This document shows positions 19,965-30,851 of a stretch of 64,000 nt of DNA, piece by piece. A program made the position numbers and the translations under genes. How positions within the stretch are numbered: position 1 is the first letter of the stretch; every line of letters starts with the position of its first letter. Where the stretch lies: positions 192,001 through 256,000 of the forward strand of contig CAWFAK010000009.1 of assembly GCA_963813715.1 (NCBI GenBank). Reading direction: 5' to 3'. The notes beneath the pieces were generated by a model. It made no database searches, had not been told where the DNA came from, and saw only the letters and a program-made list of their open reading frames with translations. The DNA is from an uncultured Planctomycetaceae bacterium (lineage in GTDB: Bacteria > Planctomycetota > Planctomycetia > Planctomycetales > Planctomycetaceae).

Positions 19965-21915
19965 TCACTCGGTCAGTTCGAGGAACGGATCGAGGCCCAT
20001 GTGGTTGTGGGCGTCGGAGCGTTGGCGTTCGTGCTTCAAGAGATGCTTCCGCTCTTTGCGGTGCATCTTCTCCAAAAAGCGTTGCGTGCGGCGGAACAGG
20101 CCGAGCCATTGCAGCGAAAGTTGGCCGTCGGCATTCGGGCGGGCCTTGGCACGGAAGCGGGCCACCTTGTCCGGCTTGAGACAGCGGAGCAGCTCGTCCT
20201 CGAGCGACAAGAAGAATTGAAATGAGCCGGGATCGCCTTGCCGGGCGCGCGGCCGACCAACTGACGGTCGATGCGGGCCGAGCTGTGCATCTCGGTGGCG
20301 ATGACGTGCAGGCCGCCCGCCGCGCGGACCTTTTCGTCGAGCTGGATGTCGGTCCCGCGGCCGGCCATGTTGGTGGCGATGGTCACCGCCTGCGATTGTC
20401 CGGCCCGGGTCACAATCTCCGCTTCTTGCTCGTGGAAATGCGCGTTGAGGACCTGGTGCGCGATGCCACATTCCTTCAGCGCGCGGCTCAAGGCCTCGGA
20501 CGCATCGACCGACGGCGTGCCGACGAGCACCGAGCGCCCGGCGGCGTGCATCTTCGCCACCTCTTGCACAACGGCCTGCCGCTTAGCCGCCAGCGTGGTG
20601 AAAATCCGCGGCGGTGCGCCGGTGCGGATGCAGGGGCGGTTGGTCGGAATCGGTGAAACACTGATCGCGTAGGTGTTCGCTAGCTCGCGGCGAGCCTGGA
20701 CGGCCGTGCCCGTCATGCCGCAAACGTGCTCGTACTGGCGAAAATAGGTCTGCACGGTGACCCGCGCGGCCTGTCCCGTGGCGGCGGTAATCGGCACCAG
20801 CTCCTTCGCTTCGACCGCCTGGTGCAGGCCGTCCTGCCACTTGCGGCCGTCCATCTGGCGGCCCGTCGACTCGTCCACGATGACGACCTTTTCCTCGACG
20901 ACGACGTAATCGCGATCCCGCTGAAAACCGTATCGCGACGAGAGCGCTTGTTCGACGTGCTTGTACATCCGCTCGGCGTCGACGCAATCCAACAGCGATG
21001 GCTTGGCCATCAACAGCACTTTGCGGCAGCCACGATCGGTCAGGTAGGCCATCCGGCGATCGGGTTCGAAGACGAACTCGACGTCGCGCTCCAACCGTAG
21101 CGACGCCCGCTGGCTCCAGCGCAGCAGATTGACGGTGGCTGCCGTGTTCGGCTGCGTGAGACCGATGATCAACGGCGTCCGCGCCTCGTCGATCAGAATA
21201 CTGTCGGCCTCGTCGATCAGGGCGAAGTGGTGGCTACGCTGCACCGGCGCTCGTTGGCGCCGCGCGCGGAGCCCGTGAACGACGGGCCGTTGCGGCGGCG
21301 ATATCCGCTCGTCGCGTCGGCGCCGATCCGCAGCCGATCTCGGAGGAAGTCGAAGCCGATCTCCTTGGCCGTTCCGTAGGTGATGTCCTTCGCGTAGGCG
21401 TCGCGGCGCTCCTCAGTTTGCATCGGCGTCTCGATGCAGCCGACGGAGAGGCCCAGCCGCTCGTAGATCGGCCCCATTGTTTCCGCGTCGCGATGGGCCA
21501 GGTAATCGTTGACCGTGACGATGTGGCAGCCGCGGCCGGTGAGTCCGCGGAGAAACGCGGGCAAGGTGGCCGTAAGGGTCTTGCCCTCGCCCGTCTGCAT
21601 CTCGGCGACGTGCCCCTCGAAGAGGGCGATGCCTCCCTGAATCTGCACGAGGAAGTGTTGGAAGCCCAGCTCGCGACGGGACGCTTCGCGGACGAGAGCA
21701 AACGCTTCGACCAACAGGCTGCTCAGGCGCGGCTGCGTCTTGGCTTGCCAGCGCAGTTCGCGACCGCGGCGGAGCAGTTCGGCATCGCTCTCGTCGCGGA
21801 GTTGTTCCGATCGTTTGATGACGACCTGAGCCTGCGCACGCCAGCGCGAGAGCCGCGCGGCATCGAGCCGGCCGCCCCGCTTCACCATGTGCCAAACGTG
21901 GTCGCGTGTAAACAC
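19965..21915 (-). CDS. Short SecA paralogue (frameshifts ~21245 and ~20245)
   Basis: [82 protein letters not shown]. Confidence 0.9.
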
Positions 21916-22012
21916 GTCTCAATTCTTGCACGCCGGCACCGGAAGTCCAATCTCCGAGCGGCGTCCAGTTCGTGGCCGTTTGACAACATTCAGGACATGT
22001 CTTTTCCGGCCT

Positions 22013-23560
22013 TCAGGACACCCGGATGACCACCAACGACCGGTCGTCATGCCCCGACGTGCCGTCCAGGTGGGCCTCGACCTCCGACCAGATCGCATCC
22101 AGAACGGTCTGGGCGGGCTGTCCGTGCTGGGCCAGCAGAACCTCGACGATTCCGTCGCTGCGGAACATTTTCCGCTTGCCGTTCATCGCTTCGCTGACAC
22201 CGTCGGTAAAGGCGATCAAGGTGTCGCCCGGACTGATCGCCAACTGCGACGAGCCGTAGGTCGTGTCGGTAACCACCCCCAGCAACATGCCGTGTGACTC
22301 GAGCTGCACCGGGCCGCCCAAGCGCATCAGCACGGGCGAGGGATGCCCCGCGTTCGAATAGGTGAAAAGCATCTGCCTTGCGTCGATCACACCGTAGAGC
22401 AGGCTCATAAACTGGTGCGGCGGCGTGATCGCATGCAGCGCATGATTGATCCGCACGAGCACTTCGTCGGGCGAGAGGGGCGAGCGCAGGTCGAGGGCCA
22501 GCGCATGGACGGCGCCGCGGACCGCCGACATCACGATCGACGCCGAGATGCCGTGCCCCGACGCGTCGCCGATCGCAAGCGCCGTTCGCCCTTCGGCCAG
22601 CGGAATCAACTCGCACAAGTCGCCGCCGATCTCGAAGTGACTGGTCGAGCGGATGGCCGCTTCGATGCCCGCGCTCGGGGGCAGGGGAGTATCCACGAGC
22701 GACGATTGCGCTTGCGAGGCCAGTTGCAAGTCCCGCTGGAGGCGGTGCTGGGTCGCACTTTCGCGCAACAGCACCACGCGCTCCAACAGAGTCGCCACCT
22801 GCACGGCGATCGATTCCAGCACGTGCATTTCACGGTCGGAAGGCTCGCGGCGGCGGCGATCGTAGACCCACAGCGTGCCGATCGGCCCGGTATCGGAGCC
22901 GACCGATAGGCAAACGGCGGTCGACGTTCCCGGCGGCAGCCATGCCGCCGACTCTTGGATCGTGTCGCCGCCCAAAACCGTCCGGCCGCGGGACAGGGCC
23001 TGCAAGTCAGGAGGATTCTCACTCAGGCTGCGGACCGCCGGCGGACTAAGCGGCGCGTCGCGATGGGCCTGTGCGCGCAGTTTGAGCCGCTCGGTCGAGG
23101 GCTCCAACAGGAAGAACGCGCACGAGCGAAACGGAGTGAGCTGCGTCGCGCCTTCGAGCAATTTCTGCAGCGCGTCGACCAGGTTCCGCTCGGTGGGAAC
23201 CGAGCGGCCGATGTCAACGAGCGTCACCACTTCATCAGTTCGCGATTCGGCGACCCGTGCGGCCGTGACCGAGCGACTGATGAGCTGGGCGAACGTGTCC
23301 GCCAGGTCACCCACCGAATTAAAGGAGCGGTCCTTGGAAGCGTCGTCCGGAAGCACGAGCTGCAGGAAACCGATTCGCTCGTGCCCGTCACTGACTTCGG
23401 AGAACCAGCAGGTGGACGGATCGCTCCGCAGGCGGGCTTCAACTTCCTCGCCGCGGCCGCCGGGCACCGGGACGAACTGCAGCTCCCAACCAATGGCGTC
23501 GGAGAATTGCCGGCACGTATCGCGAATCCAAGTTTGCGAGCCGGCAACCGAAATCGTCAT
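22013..23560 (-). CDS. GAF + SpoIIE/PP2C (RsbU-like) phosphatase
   Basis: IGGDL, IGDASGHG, YSNAGHP, FTDGVSEA, DDRSL; GAF-like middle region. Confidence 0.88.
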   Translation of the reverse strand: MTISVAGSQTWIRDTCRQFSDAIGWELQFVPVPGGRGEEVEARLRSDPSTCWFSEVSDGHERIGFLQLVLPDDASKDRSFNSVGDLADTFAQLISRSVTAARVAESRTDEVVTLVDIGRSVPTERNLVDALQKLLEGATQLTPFRSCAFFLLEPSTERLKLRAQAHRDAPLSPPAVRSLSENPPDLQALSRGRTVLGGDTIQESAAWLPPGTSTAVCLSVGSDTGPIGTLWVYDRRRREPSDREMHVLESIAVQVATLLERVVLLRESATQHRLQRDLQLASQAQSSLVDTPLPPSAGIEAAIRSTSHFEIGGDLCELIPLAEGRTALAIGDASGHGISASIVMSAVRGAVHALALDLRSPLSPDEVLVRINHALHAITPPHQFMSLLYGVIDARQMLFTYSNAGHPSPVLMRLGGPVQLESHGMLLGVVTDTTYGSSQLAISPGDTLIAFTDGVSEAMNGKRKMFRSDGIVEVLLAQHGQPAQTVLDAIWSEVEAHLDGTSGHDDRSLVVIRVS

Positions 23561-23821
23561 GGGCTTCCATCCGGGCGAGCCGTCGATACGGGCATCCCAC
23601 GCGCGCAATGCACCGGTATCAACATCGACCGGCCGGGGGATTCCACTGAGGGCGGGATCCGAAGAAGCACAACGTATCGGTTATGCGGGCTGGGGGAGAA
23701 TGCGCGGCGCGGCACCCTCGGCGTGCTAGGCTCCGACGAGTCCGTCGCACGTTGATCGGCAAGGCGAAAAGACACCCCTTGCTTCGTGCGTGGCTCTTTA
23801 AGGGCGAGCATCGCTCTTCAA

Positions 23822-25022
23822 TTAGCGGCGCGCCAGGCGGTGCTTCGAGCGGCACCCAGGCACCGTTCTTCGCGCTCGAAGCGACGCACTGCTGGATGAA
23901 GTACATCCCCTCGACGCCGTCGTAGACGTTGGGGTAGACGGTGTCCCGCGACTCGAATTTCTCGCCCGTCGCCCGCTTGATGATCGAATCGAACGCCGCC
24001 CGGTAGACGTTCGCAAACGCTTCGAAAAACGCCTCGGGATGTCCCGACGGCAAGCGGCAGGCCGCTTGGCCGGCTTCATTCATATAAGGGGCGTTGGGAT
24101 TCCGCGTGTAGATCGCGTGCGGCTCGCCGTTGCGGCGGACCATCATCTGGTTGGGCTCCTCCTGCCGCCACGAGATCGAGCCCTTCGTCCCGTCGACGTC
24201 GATGAACAGGTCGTTCTCGCGACCGTGCGAAATCTGGCTCGCGGTCACCGTGCCGATCGCCCCGTTCTCGAAGCGAATCACGGCGTGGCCGTAGTCGTCG
24301 AGCTGACGTCCGGGCTCGAAAATCTTGAGCGACGCCGAAACCTCCTGCGGAATGAGCCCCGTCATGTAGCGGGCCAGGTTGAAAGCGTGGGTGCCGATGT
24401 CGCCGAACGAACCGGCGGCCCCCGACTTCATTGGGTCGGTCCGCCACGAGGCTTGCTTCTGCCCGGACGATTCGAGCCGCGCCCGCAGCCAACCCTGCAA
24501 GTAGTTGGAGCGGATGGCCTGAATTTCGCCCAGGTCGCCGGACAAAATCATTTGCCGCGCCTGCCGCACCAGGGGGTAGCCGGTGTAGTTATGGGTGACG
24601 GCAAAGACGACCCCGGACTTCTCCACGATGCTCGCCAGCTCCTCGGCCTCGTACAGATTGAATGTCAGCGGCTTGTCGCACAGGACATTGAAGCCGGCCT
24701 CGACGGCGGCCTTGGCGATGGGGAAGTGGGTGTGGTTAGGGGTGGCGATGCTAACGAAATCGATCCGCCGATCGGCCGGTAGGGCCCGCTCCTTGTCGAT
24801 CAGTTCCTCGACGCTGCTGTAAGCACGGTCGGCGGCAATGTCGTAGGCCGGGGCCGAGTCCTTAGCCTTCTGGGGATCCGACGATAAAGCACCCGCCACC
24901 AGGGCTGCCCGGTTGTCCAGGACGGCGGCCGTCGCGTGGACGCGGCCGATAAACGCCCCCTGTCCGCCGCCGATCAAGCCCATCCGCAACTTGCGTTTTA
25001 GTGACCCGTTGGTCGTCTCCAT
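23822..25022 (-). CDS. Gfo/Idh/MocA-family oxidoreductase
   Basis: MGLIGGGQGAFIGRVH, ATPNHTH, CDKP, GDIGTHA; true C-terminus probably ..KHRLARR* after a frameshift near 23845. Confidence 0.9.
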
Positions 25023-25073
25023 GGCAGACTCCTGGTGTGAGATTGTTGATGCTCAGCGTACGGGGCACAGGCC

Positions 25074-25101
25074 TTGCAGGGAAGCGAAGGCTCCCTATAA
25101 T
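25074..25101 (+). promoter_or_regulatory. Sigma-70-type promoter upstream of tRNA-Gly
   Basis: TTGCAG-N16-TATAAT. Confidence 0.55.
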
Positions 25102-25186
25102 CTCATGCGGTCTGCAATCAGACGGCGTCCGTTTTCCCCTATAGGGTAAGGCGGATTGATGAATTGAGGCCGGCTCGATTGCCGCC

Positions 25187-25258
25187 GCGGGTGTAGCTCA
25201 GTGGTAGAGCACCACGTTGCCAACGTGGACGTCGAGGGTTCGAACCCCTTCACCCGCT
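25187..25258 (+). tRNA. tRNA-Gly(GCC), CCA not encoded
   Basis: GCGGGTG/CACCCGC acceptor stem, anticodon arm CCACG-TTGCCAA-CGTGG, GGTTCGAAC T-loop. Confidence 0.96.
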
Positions 25259-25469
25259 TTTTTTCGTTTTTAGTGTTCTCCGAGTCGGCGCTTGGAGAAC
25301 AGGGCGAAGGCGACGCCCCATAGGACGAGACACGCTCGGGGAAGGGGGACACACCCGCGCTGCGGGTTTGACCCGTTCTGCCCCGAAGGTCACCTCATGT
25401 GCCGGCGCTTTCCGTGTTGCGGCGCATATCACCGACACGCTGATCAACTGGATTTGAGTAGGACCGAGA

Positions 25470-27017
25470 ATGTCACCCGCGGACGAAAAGACGAAGGCAG
25501 GCGGCCACGCCGCGACCTCTAAGAGTGAAGCGGCAAAAAAGGCTCCCGCAGCCGAGCCTGAAGGGGAAGACGCGGGAGAGGACGAAGGGGGCGAACCCCA
25601 ACGCCGCAAGATGGAGCTGGACGTCGAAATCAAGGACGCCGGCCCCTGCAAAAAGCACGTGCGGGTCCGCGTCCCCCGCGCGGAGATCGACCGCTTCTAT
25701 GAGGAGACGGTCAAGACTCTCACCGAGAAGACGGCCATCCCCGGGTTCCGTCCCGGCCATGTGCCGCAAAAGCTGGTCGAGAAGCGATTCCGCACAGAGC
25801 TCTCCAGCGACGTCAAGCAGCGAGTGCTCGTCGAGAGCATGGAGCAGCTGTCGGAGAACAAGGAGCTCGACCCGATCAACGAGCCCGATCTCGACGTCGA
25901 GGCGATCGAGCTGCCGGAGGAAGGGGATTTCGAGTACGAGTTCGATATCGAAGTTCGCCCGGAGTTCAAGCTCCCCAATTATGACGGGCTGACGATCAAG
26001 CGGCCGGTCCGCGAAGTGACCGACGCCGACGTCGAGAAGCACTACGAAAGCTTTCTGTCGCAATACGGCCAGCTGGCTCCGCACGAGGGGGCCGTCGAGC
26101 CGGGCGACGTCGTCAGCGCCTCGCTCGAGACCGAGCGTGACGGGCGAAAACTGCTCACCGTGGCGGATGCCTCGTTGCGCGTGCGGCCCGTGCTTCGCTT
26201 TGCCGACGCCGAGCTGAACGGCTTCGACAAACTGATGTCGGGCGCCCAGTCCGGCGACGAGCGGTCGACCTCGGTCACCGTTGCGCCCGAGGCCGAAGAC
26301 GTCGAGCTGCGGGGCGAGAAGATCGAAGTCCGCTTCAAGGTTCTCGACGTCAAGCGCTGGCGGAAGCCGGAGATCACCAAGGAGCTGCTCACGCGGATTG
26401 GCGTCGAATCGGAAGAAGAGCTGCGGCACGAAATCCGCGAGAGCCTCGGCCGCCGCGTCACCTTCGAGCAGCGGCAGGCGGTCCGGGAGCAGGTCTCGGA
26501 AAAAATCACCGAAAGCGCGACCTGGGATCTGCCCGAGCAGCTCGTGCGGCGGCAAGTCGAGAACGCCCTGCGGCGGACGGTCCTCGAAATGCAGCAGGCC
26601 GGCTTCACCACCCGCGAGATTCAGGCGCGGGAAAACCAGCTGCGACAGAACGCCGTCACCTCGACGCGGCAGGCGCTCAAAGAGCACTTCATCCTCGACA
26701 AGATCGCCGAGCAGGAAAAGGTCGAGGTCTCGCCGCAGGACATCCAAACCGAGATTCGGCTGATGGCCCTGCAGCGGGGCGAAACGCCCCGGCGCGTGCG
26801 GGCCCGGCTCGAAAAGACGGGGATGATCGAAAACCTCGAAGCTCAGATTCGCGAGCGAAAGGCAGTTGACGTCATCCTCGATCGCGCGAAGTATAAAGAT
26901 GTGCCCATGGAGCTCTCGCTCGACGAGCGGGTCGAGCCGGTTCCTTATTCGGTCTGCCGCACGCAGGTGGTGACCGAGACTGCCGAGCCGGAGGCCGAAG
27001 AGGCGGCCGCCGAGTGA
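25470..27017 (+). CDS. tig: Trigger factor
   Basis: IPGFRPGHVP ribosome-binding signature; location upstream of clpP. Confidence 0.95.
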   Translation: MSPADEKTKAGGHAATSKSEAAKKAPAAEPEGEDAGEDEGGEPQRRKMELDVEIKDAGPCKKHVRVRVPRAEIDRFYEETVKTLTEKTAIPGFRPGHVPQKLVEKRFRTELSSDVKQRVLVESMEQLSENKELDPINEPDLDVEAIELPEEGDFEYEFDIEVRPEFKLPNYDGLTIKRPVREVTDADVEKHYESFLSQYGQLAPHEGAVEPGDVVSASLETERDGRKLLTVADASLRVRPVLRFADAELNGFDKLMSGAQSGDERSTSVTVAPEAEDVELRGEKIEVRFKVLDVKRWRKPEITKELLTRIGVESEEELRHEIRESLGRRVTFEQRQAVREQVSEKITESATWDLPEQLVRRQVENALRRTVLEMQQAGFTTREIQARENQLRQNAVTSTRQALKEHFILDKIAEQEKVEVSPQDIQTEIRLMALQRGETPRRVRARLEKTGMIENLEAQIRERKAVDVILDRAKYKDVPMELSLDERVEPVPYSVCRTQVVTETAEPEAEEAAAE

Positions 27018-27192
27018 CGGATCGCTACTGCCGGCCGGCGGGCACGGACGTCCGATCCGTTCTTTCGCACTCTGAAAGCGCCCTGCTGAACTCGCCCAGA
27101 CGAGCAGCGGGTCGCAGCTCGCGGGTTCCTTTTTGTCTGTCGGATTACGTGTCGGCGCACACCCGGCGTGCAGAGTGAAGCGGAACGAGGAT

Positions 27193-27234
27193 CGGCCGAC
27201 CCCTGGCTTACCACGGGGACCGCAACCGCTCGCC
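27193..27234 (-). repeat. REP-like repeat related to 60648-60695
   Basis: Reverse complement GGCGAGCGGTTGCGGTCCCCGTGGTAAGCCAGGGGTCGGCCG aligns with the 60648 copy. Confidence 0.55.
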
Positions 27235-27323
27235 AGAAGAATTCGCGAATTGCCTGAATTACCACAACCCAACGCAATCCTGTGTCTGAACTGATTTGCC
27301 TAACCTCTTGTGTCTAATCTGTC

Positions 27324-27351
27324 TTGACTGAGGCTGCGACGAGCGGATAAT
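27324..27351 (+). promoter_or_regulatory. Putative sigma-70 promoter of the clpP pair
   Basis: TTGACT-N16-GATAAT. Confidence 0.4.
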
Positions 27352-27434
27352 GCGTCGCGCGTTCTCGCGCCAGTGACCGCCGCGGGTGGTCGACCGGGCG
27401 CGGGCCTCGGTGATCCGCGTATGAGGACTGCCGA

Positions 27435-28078
27435 ATGACTCAACCCTTTCAGCTCGAACACACCGGCATGATCTCGATGAACCAGGCCGCCCGCGACTAT
27501 CAACGGCAGCGGCAGATGGGCATCGGCGACCTGCTGCTCGAAAACCGCATCGTCTTTATGGACGGCGTGATCACCGATGCGGCCGCCAACATGATCGTGA
27601 TGAAGCTGCTCTACCTCCAATCCGAGAACCGGCACCAGGACATCCACATGTATGTCAATTCGCCGGGGGGCTCGGTCACCGCCACGATGGCCATTTACGA
27701 CACGATGCAGTTTCTCGAATGTGAAGTCGCCACCTACTGCGTCGGCCTGGCGGCCAGCGGCGGGGCAATCCTCGTCGCGGGCGGATCGGCGAAGAAGCGC
27801 TTCTGCCTGCCCCACTCCAAAATGATGATCCACCAGCCGTACGGCGAGGTGGGGGGCAGGTCTCGGACATCGAAATTCAAGCCAAGGACATTTTGCAGAC
27901 CCGCGAGCAGCTCAACGAAATCCTCGCGAAGCACACGGGTCAGCCGATCGAGGTCATCGCCAAGGACACCGACCGCGACCGCTTCCTCACCTCGCGCGAG
28001 TCGGTCGAGTACGGCCTGGTCGACGAGATTCTCTCCCGGCCGCCGAAGTCCAAAAGCGACACCAAGGACAAAAAGTAG
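27435..28078 (+). CDS. clpP: Clp protease proteolytic subunit (frameshift in a G-run near 27855)
   Basis: [36 protein letters not shown]. Confidence 0.92.
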
Positions 28079-28098
28079 CATCGAAAGGGCTCATCACC

Positions 28099-28701
28099 AT
28101 GAGCGTGCTCGTTCCCTACGTCATCGAAAAGAGCGGCCGCGAAGAGCGGGCGATGGACATCTACAGTCGCCTGCTCAAGGACCGCATCGTGATCCTGGGC
28201 AGCCAGATCAACGACATGGTTGCCAACAGCATCGTGGCCCAGTTGCTCTTCCTGCAGTTTGAAGATGGCAAGTCGGATATCCACCTTTACATCAACTCGC
28301 CCGGCGGCTCGATCACCGCGGGCCTGGCCATCTACGACACCATGCAATACATCACCTGCGACGTGGCGACCTACTGCGTCGGGCAGGCGGCCAGCATGGG
28401 GGCCATCCTGCTGACGGCGGGCGCCGCGGGCAAACGCAACGCGCTGCCCAACGCACGGATCATGATCCACCAGCCTCTCTCCGGCATGGAAGGAACGGCC
28501 GCCGACCTGGCCATCCACGCCAAGGAAGTTGTGCGGATCAAACAGCGGATGAACGAGATTCTGATCAAGCACACCGGTCAATCGCTCGAGCGGATCCAGG
28601 CCGACACCGACCGCGACAATTTCATGCTCGCGGACGAGGCCAAGGCCTACGGGCTGATCGACAACCTCTTGGAGAAGATGCCGGTCATCCCCAAAGAGTG
28701 A
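28099..28701 (+). CDS. clpP: Clp protease proteolytic subunit
   Basis: [41 protein letters not shown]. Confidence 0.96.
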   Translation: MSVLVPYVIEKSGREERAMDIYSRLLKDRIVILGSQINDMVANSIVAQLLFLQFEDGKSDIHLYINSPGGSITAGLAIYDTMQYITCDVATYCVGQAASMGAILLTAGAAGKRNALPNARIMIHQPLSGMEGTAADLAIHAKEVVRIKQRMNEILIKHTGQSLERIQADTDRDNFMLADEAKAYGLIDNLLEKMPVIPKE

Positions 28702-28810
28702 CGGACGACCGGTGGACCGCAATCGCGGAACTTCGATTTGGGCAAGGGTCGGGCATCAGCCCGCCGGTCCTTGCGATTGGCAGTAGGATGCAAAACGGGA
28801 AACCTCACGG

Positions 28811-29675
28811 ATGAGGTTAGGGCCGCTACAGAGCCGCTTCGGTGCAACGCTGGTTGGGACAATGGTCCTGGCCGCCGGCTGTGCCAGCACAGGCCAGCTC
28901 GACATTCTCGAGAGCCGTCTGCGCCGGCAGGAAGACGCCAACAACCAGCTCCAGGCCCAGCTCACCGAATCGCAGAACCAGCTCCAAGCCACCCGCCGCG
29001 AGACCGTCGATCTGCGGACCCAGCTGGCCGAGGGCAAGAAGATCGCCCACGCCGAACAAGTCGTGCGCACTGGGCCAGGTCGAGGGGATCTCGCTCAACA
29101 AGTACCTCACCGGCGGGCTCGACCGGGACGGCGTCCCGGGCGACGAGATGTTCGCGGCCTTCGTCGTCCCCACGGACGCCGACGGCAACGTGGTGAAGGT
29201 CCCCGGCTCGGTGACGGTCACCGTGCTCGATCTCTCCAAGCCCGATGCCCAGCAGCGGGTCGGCCGCTGGGAATTCGGCCCCAAGGACAGCGAGCCCCTC
29301 TGGCATAGCGGCTTCTTTGGCAGCGGCTACGTGGTCCGCGTGCCGTGGCAAACGCTCCCCGATTCGCCGCAGCTGCTGGTCCACGCCCGCCTGAAGACGA
29401 TCGACGGCCGCGAGTTCGTCACCAGTCAGTCGATCCGGATCAATGTCCCCACGGCAACCGCCCAAGCCGCCGCTCAACCGACGGCCCCGGCAGGCAGCCC
29501 GTCGCCGCTGCCAAGCGGCACTCCGCAGTCGCCGACGCTGATGCCGCCAGCCGCACCGCCGAGTGCCCCACCGGCCAGCCTCGACACCGCCATGACCCGC
29601 CCGCCCGACGCTGCCGTCAACCAGGCTGGTGCGAGGTCGACGGACGAGTGGTGGAGCGACGGGAAGAAGCCCTAG
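28811..29675 (+). CDS. Putative lipoprotein with coiled coil and Pro-rich tail (frameshift ~29065)
   Basis: Lipobox LAAGC, coiled coil, then a globular domain in the second frame. Confidence 0.65.
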
Positions 29676-29686
29676 CGACTCTTACT

Positions 29687-29725
29687 CCCTCTTCCATTCC
29701 GATGGGAGAGGGCCGGGGTGAGGGC
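29687..29725 (+). repeat. Palindromic repeat, left of DUF559 gene
   Basis: CCCTCTTCC-ATTCCGAT-GGGAGAGGG hairpin plus CCGGGGTGAGGGC tail. Confidence 0.85.
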
Positions 29726-29745
29726 TGCCTTTCCCGCGTCCGCAT

Positions 29746-30099
29746 TTACTCCGCGATCCCGCACGCTTGCAGCACGGCTCGCAGCACCGCGTCGAGATCA
29801 TTGAGCACGTCGTCGTTATCAACTCGCAGCACCCGATACCCGGCCGTCTCGAGCTGCGACTGGCGCTGCCGGTCGTAGTCCGCGCGTCCGACGTGGCTGT
29901 TTCCATCGAGCTCGATGACCAGCCCATGTTCCGGGCAAACGAAGACGACCACGTAATTGCCGATTGGATATTGCCGCCGCACTTTCAGCTTTACGAGCCG
30001 GCGAGAGCGGAGCGCCGACCACAGCCGGCGCTCCGGTCCGGTTAGCTCGCGCCGCAGGCGACGGCAGTTCTCGGTTTGCTAACGATGCTGGTAAGGCAT
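29746..30099 (-). pseudogene. DUF559 (Vsr-like) endonuclease pseudogene
   Basis: RRLRRELTGPERRLWSALR..RRQYPIGNYVVVF..LVIELDGNSH..GYRVLRV; in-frame TAG at codon 7; usual YIVDF Asp replaced by Val. Confidence 0.82.
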
Positions 30100-30108
30100 G
30101 GCAGAAGA

Positions 30109-30146
30109 GCCCTCACCCTGCCCTCTCCCATCGGAATGGGAGAGGG
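30109..30146 (-). repeat. Palindromic repeat, right of DUF559 gene (inverted relative to 29687)
   Basis: Reverse complement CCCTCTCCCATTCCGATGGGAGAGGGCAGGGTGAGGGC. Confidence 0.85.
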
Positions 30147-30175
30147 TTTGCAAAGGGCCGCACCGGGAAGCGCGC

Positions 30176-30502
30176 TCAGTGCTTGTGTTGGTGCCCGCTC
30201 ATCTCGCGGGCCTTGTAGAGCGCGGTCTCGGCTTCGGGGATGCGGCCGCAGCGTTGCAGGATGACCGAGAGCTGGGTGAACGAGAACGGGTCGTCCGGCT
30301 CGAGCTCGGTCACTCGCGTCGCATGGCGGATGGCGTCTTCTGGTCGCCCGAGCTTTTGCAGGCTGACCGCGAGGGCTGAGTGGGCCAGCACGTGCTTGGC
30401 GTCGATCGCCAGAATCTCGTTGAACCGGGCCACCGCCCCATCGAGATTTCCCTGGTCCTTGAGAGCCACGGCTTCATCGTACATTTCATCCGGCGTCGCC
30501 AT
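30176..30502 (-). CDS. Small TPR protein
   Basis: MATPDEMYDEA.. with TPR helices; GGAGG RBS upstream. Confidence 0.75.
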   Translation of the reverse strand: MATPDEMYDEAVALKDQGNLDGAVARFNEILAIDAKHVLAHSALAVSLQKLGRPEDAIRHATRVTELEPDDPFSFTQLSVILQRCGRIPEAETALYKAREMSGHQHKH

Positions 30503-30585
30503 CTCGAACCCTCCGGTGCTCTTCTCTCGGGCAGTGTTCTCTAAAGCAGTGATCTCTCGGGCATGGTCACTCACGCTGTGCTTTC

Positions 30586-30601
30586 GTTTCCACGTGGAAA
30601 G
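30586..30601. promoter_or_regulatory. parS-like site
   Basis: gTTTCCACGTGGAAAg, 14-bp perfect palindrome; 12/16 match to TGTTCCACGTGGAACA. Confidence 0.5.
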
Positions 30602-30851
30602 CGGCGCCCGCGAATTGCCGCGAGCGTTGCCTGTCGGCACCGCGCGTGTTGTCAGTATCATAGCCGGTCGCGACGCGCACTGCCCACCGTGGCGAACGCA
30701 TCATCGCGCGACCCTTTCGCATCCCCCTCTCTCAATTTGCTGCAAAGGGGGGAGGACAGAGTGAGGGGTTCTTTGTCCTTTGTTCTTCTTCAGACCCCGA
30801 AGAGACTGAGCTGACCGCCGGAGACCGCACCTTGAGTCCACAACCAAATCC

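Noticed and set aside
19286..20179. 297-aa ORF across element A
   Set aside because: Low-complexity translation of repeats; the only protein-like part is the duplicated ceramidase segment.
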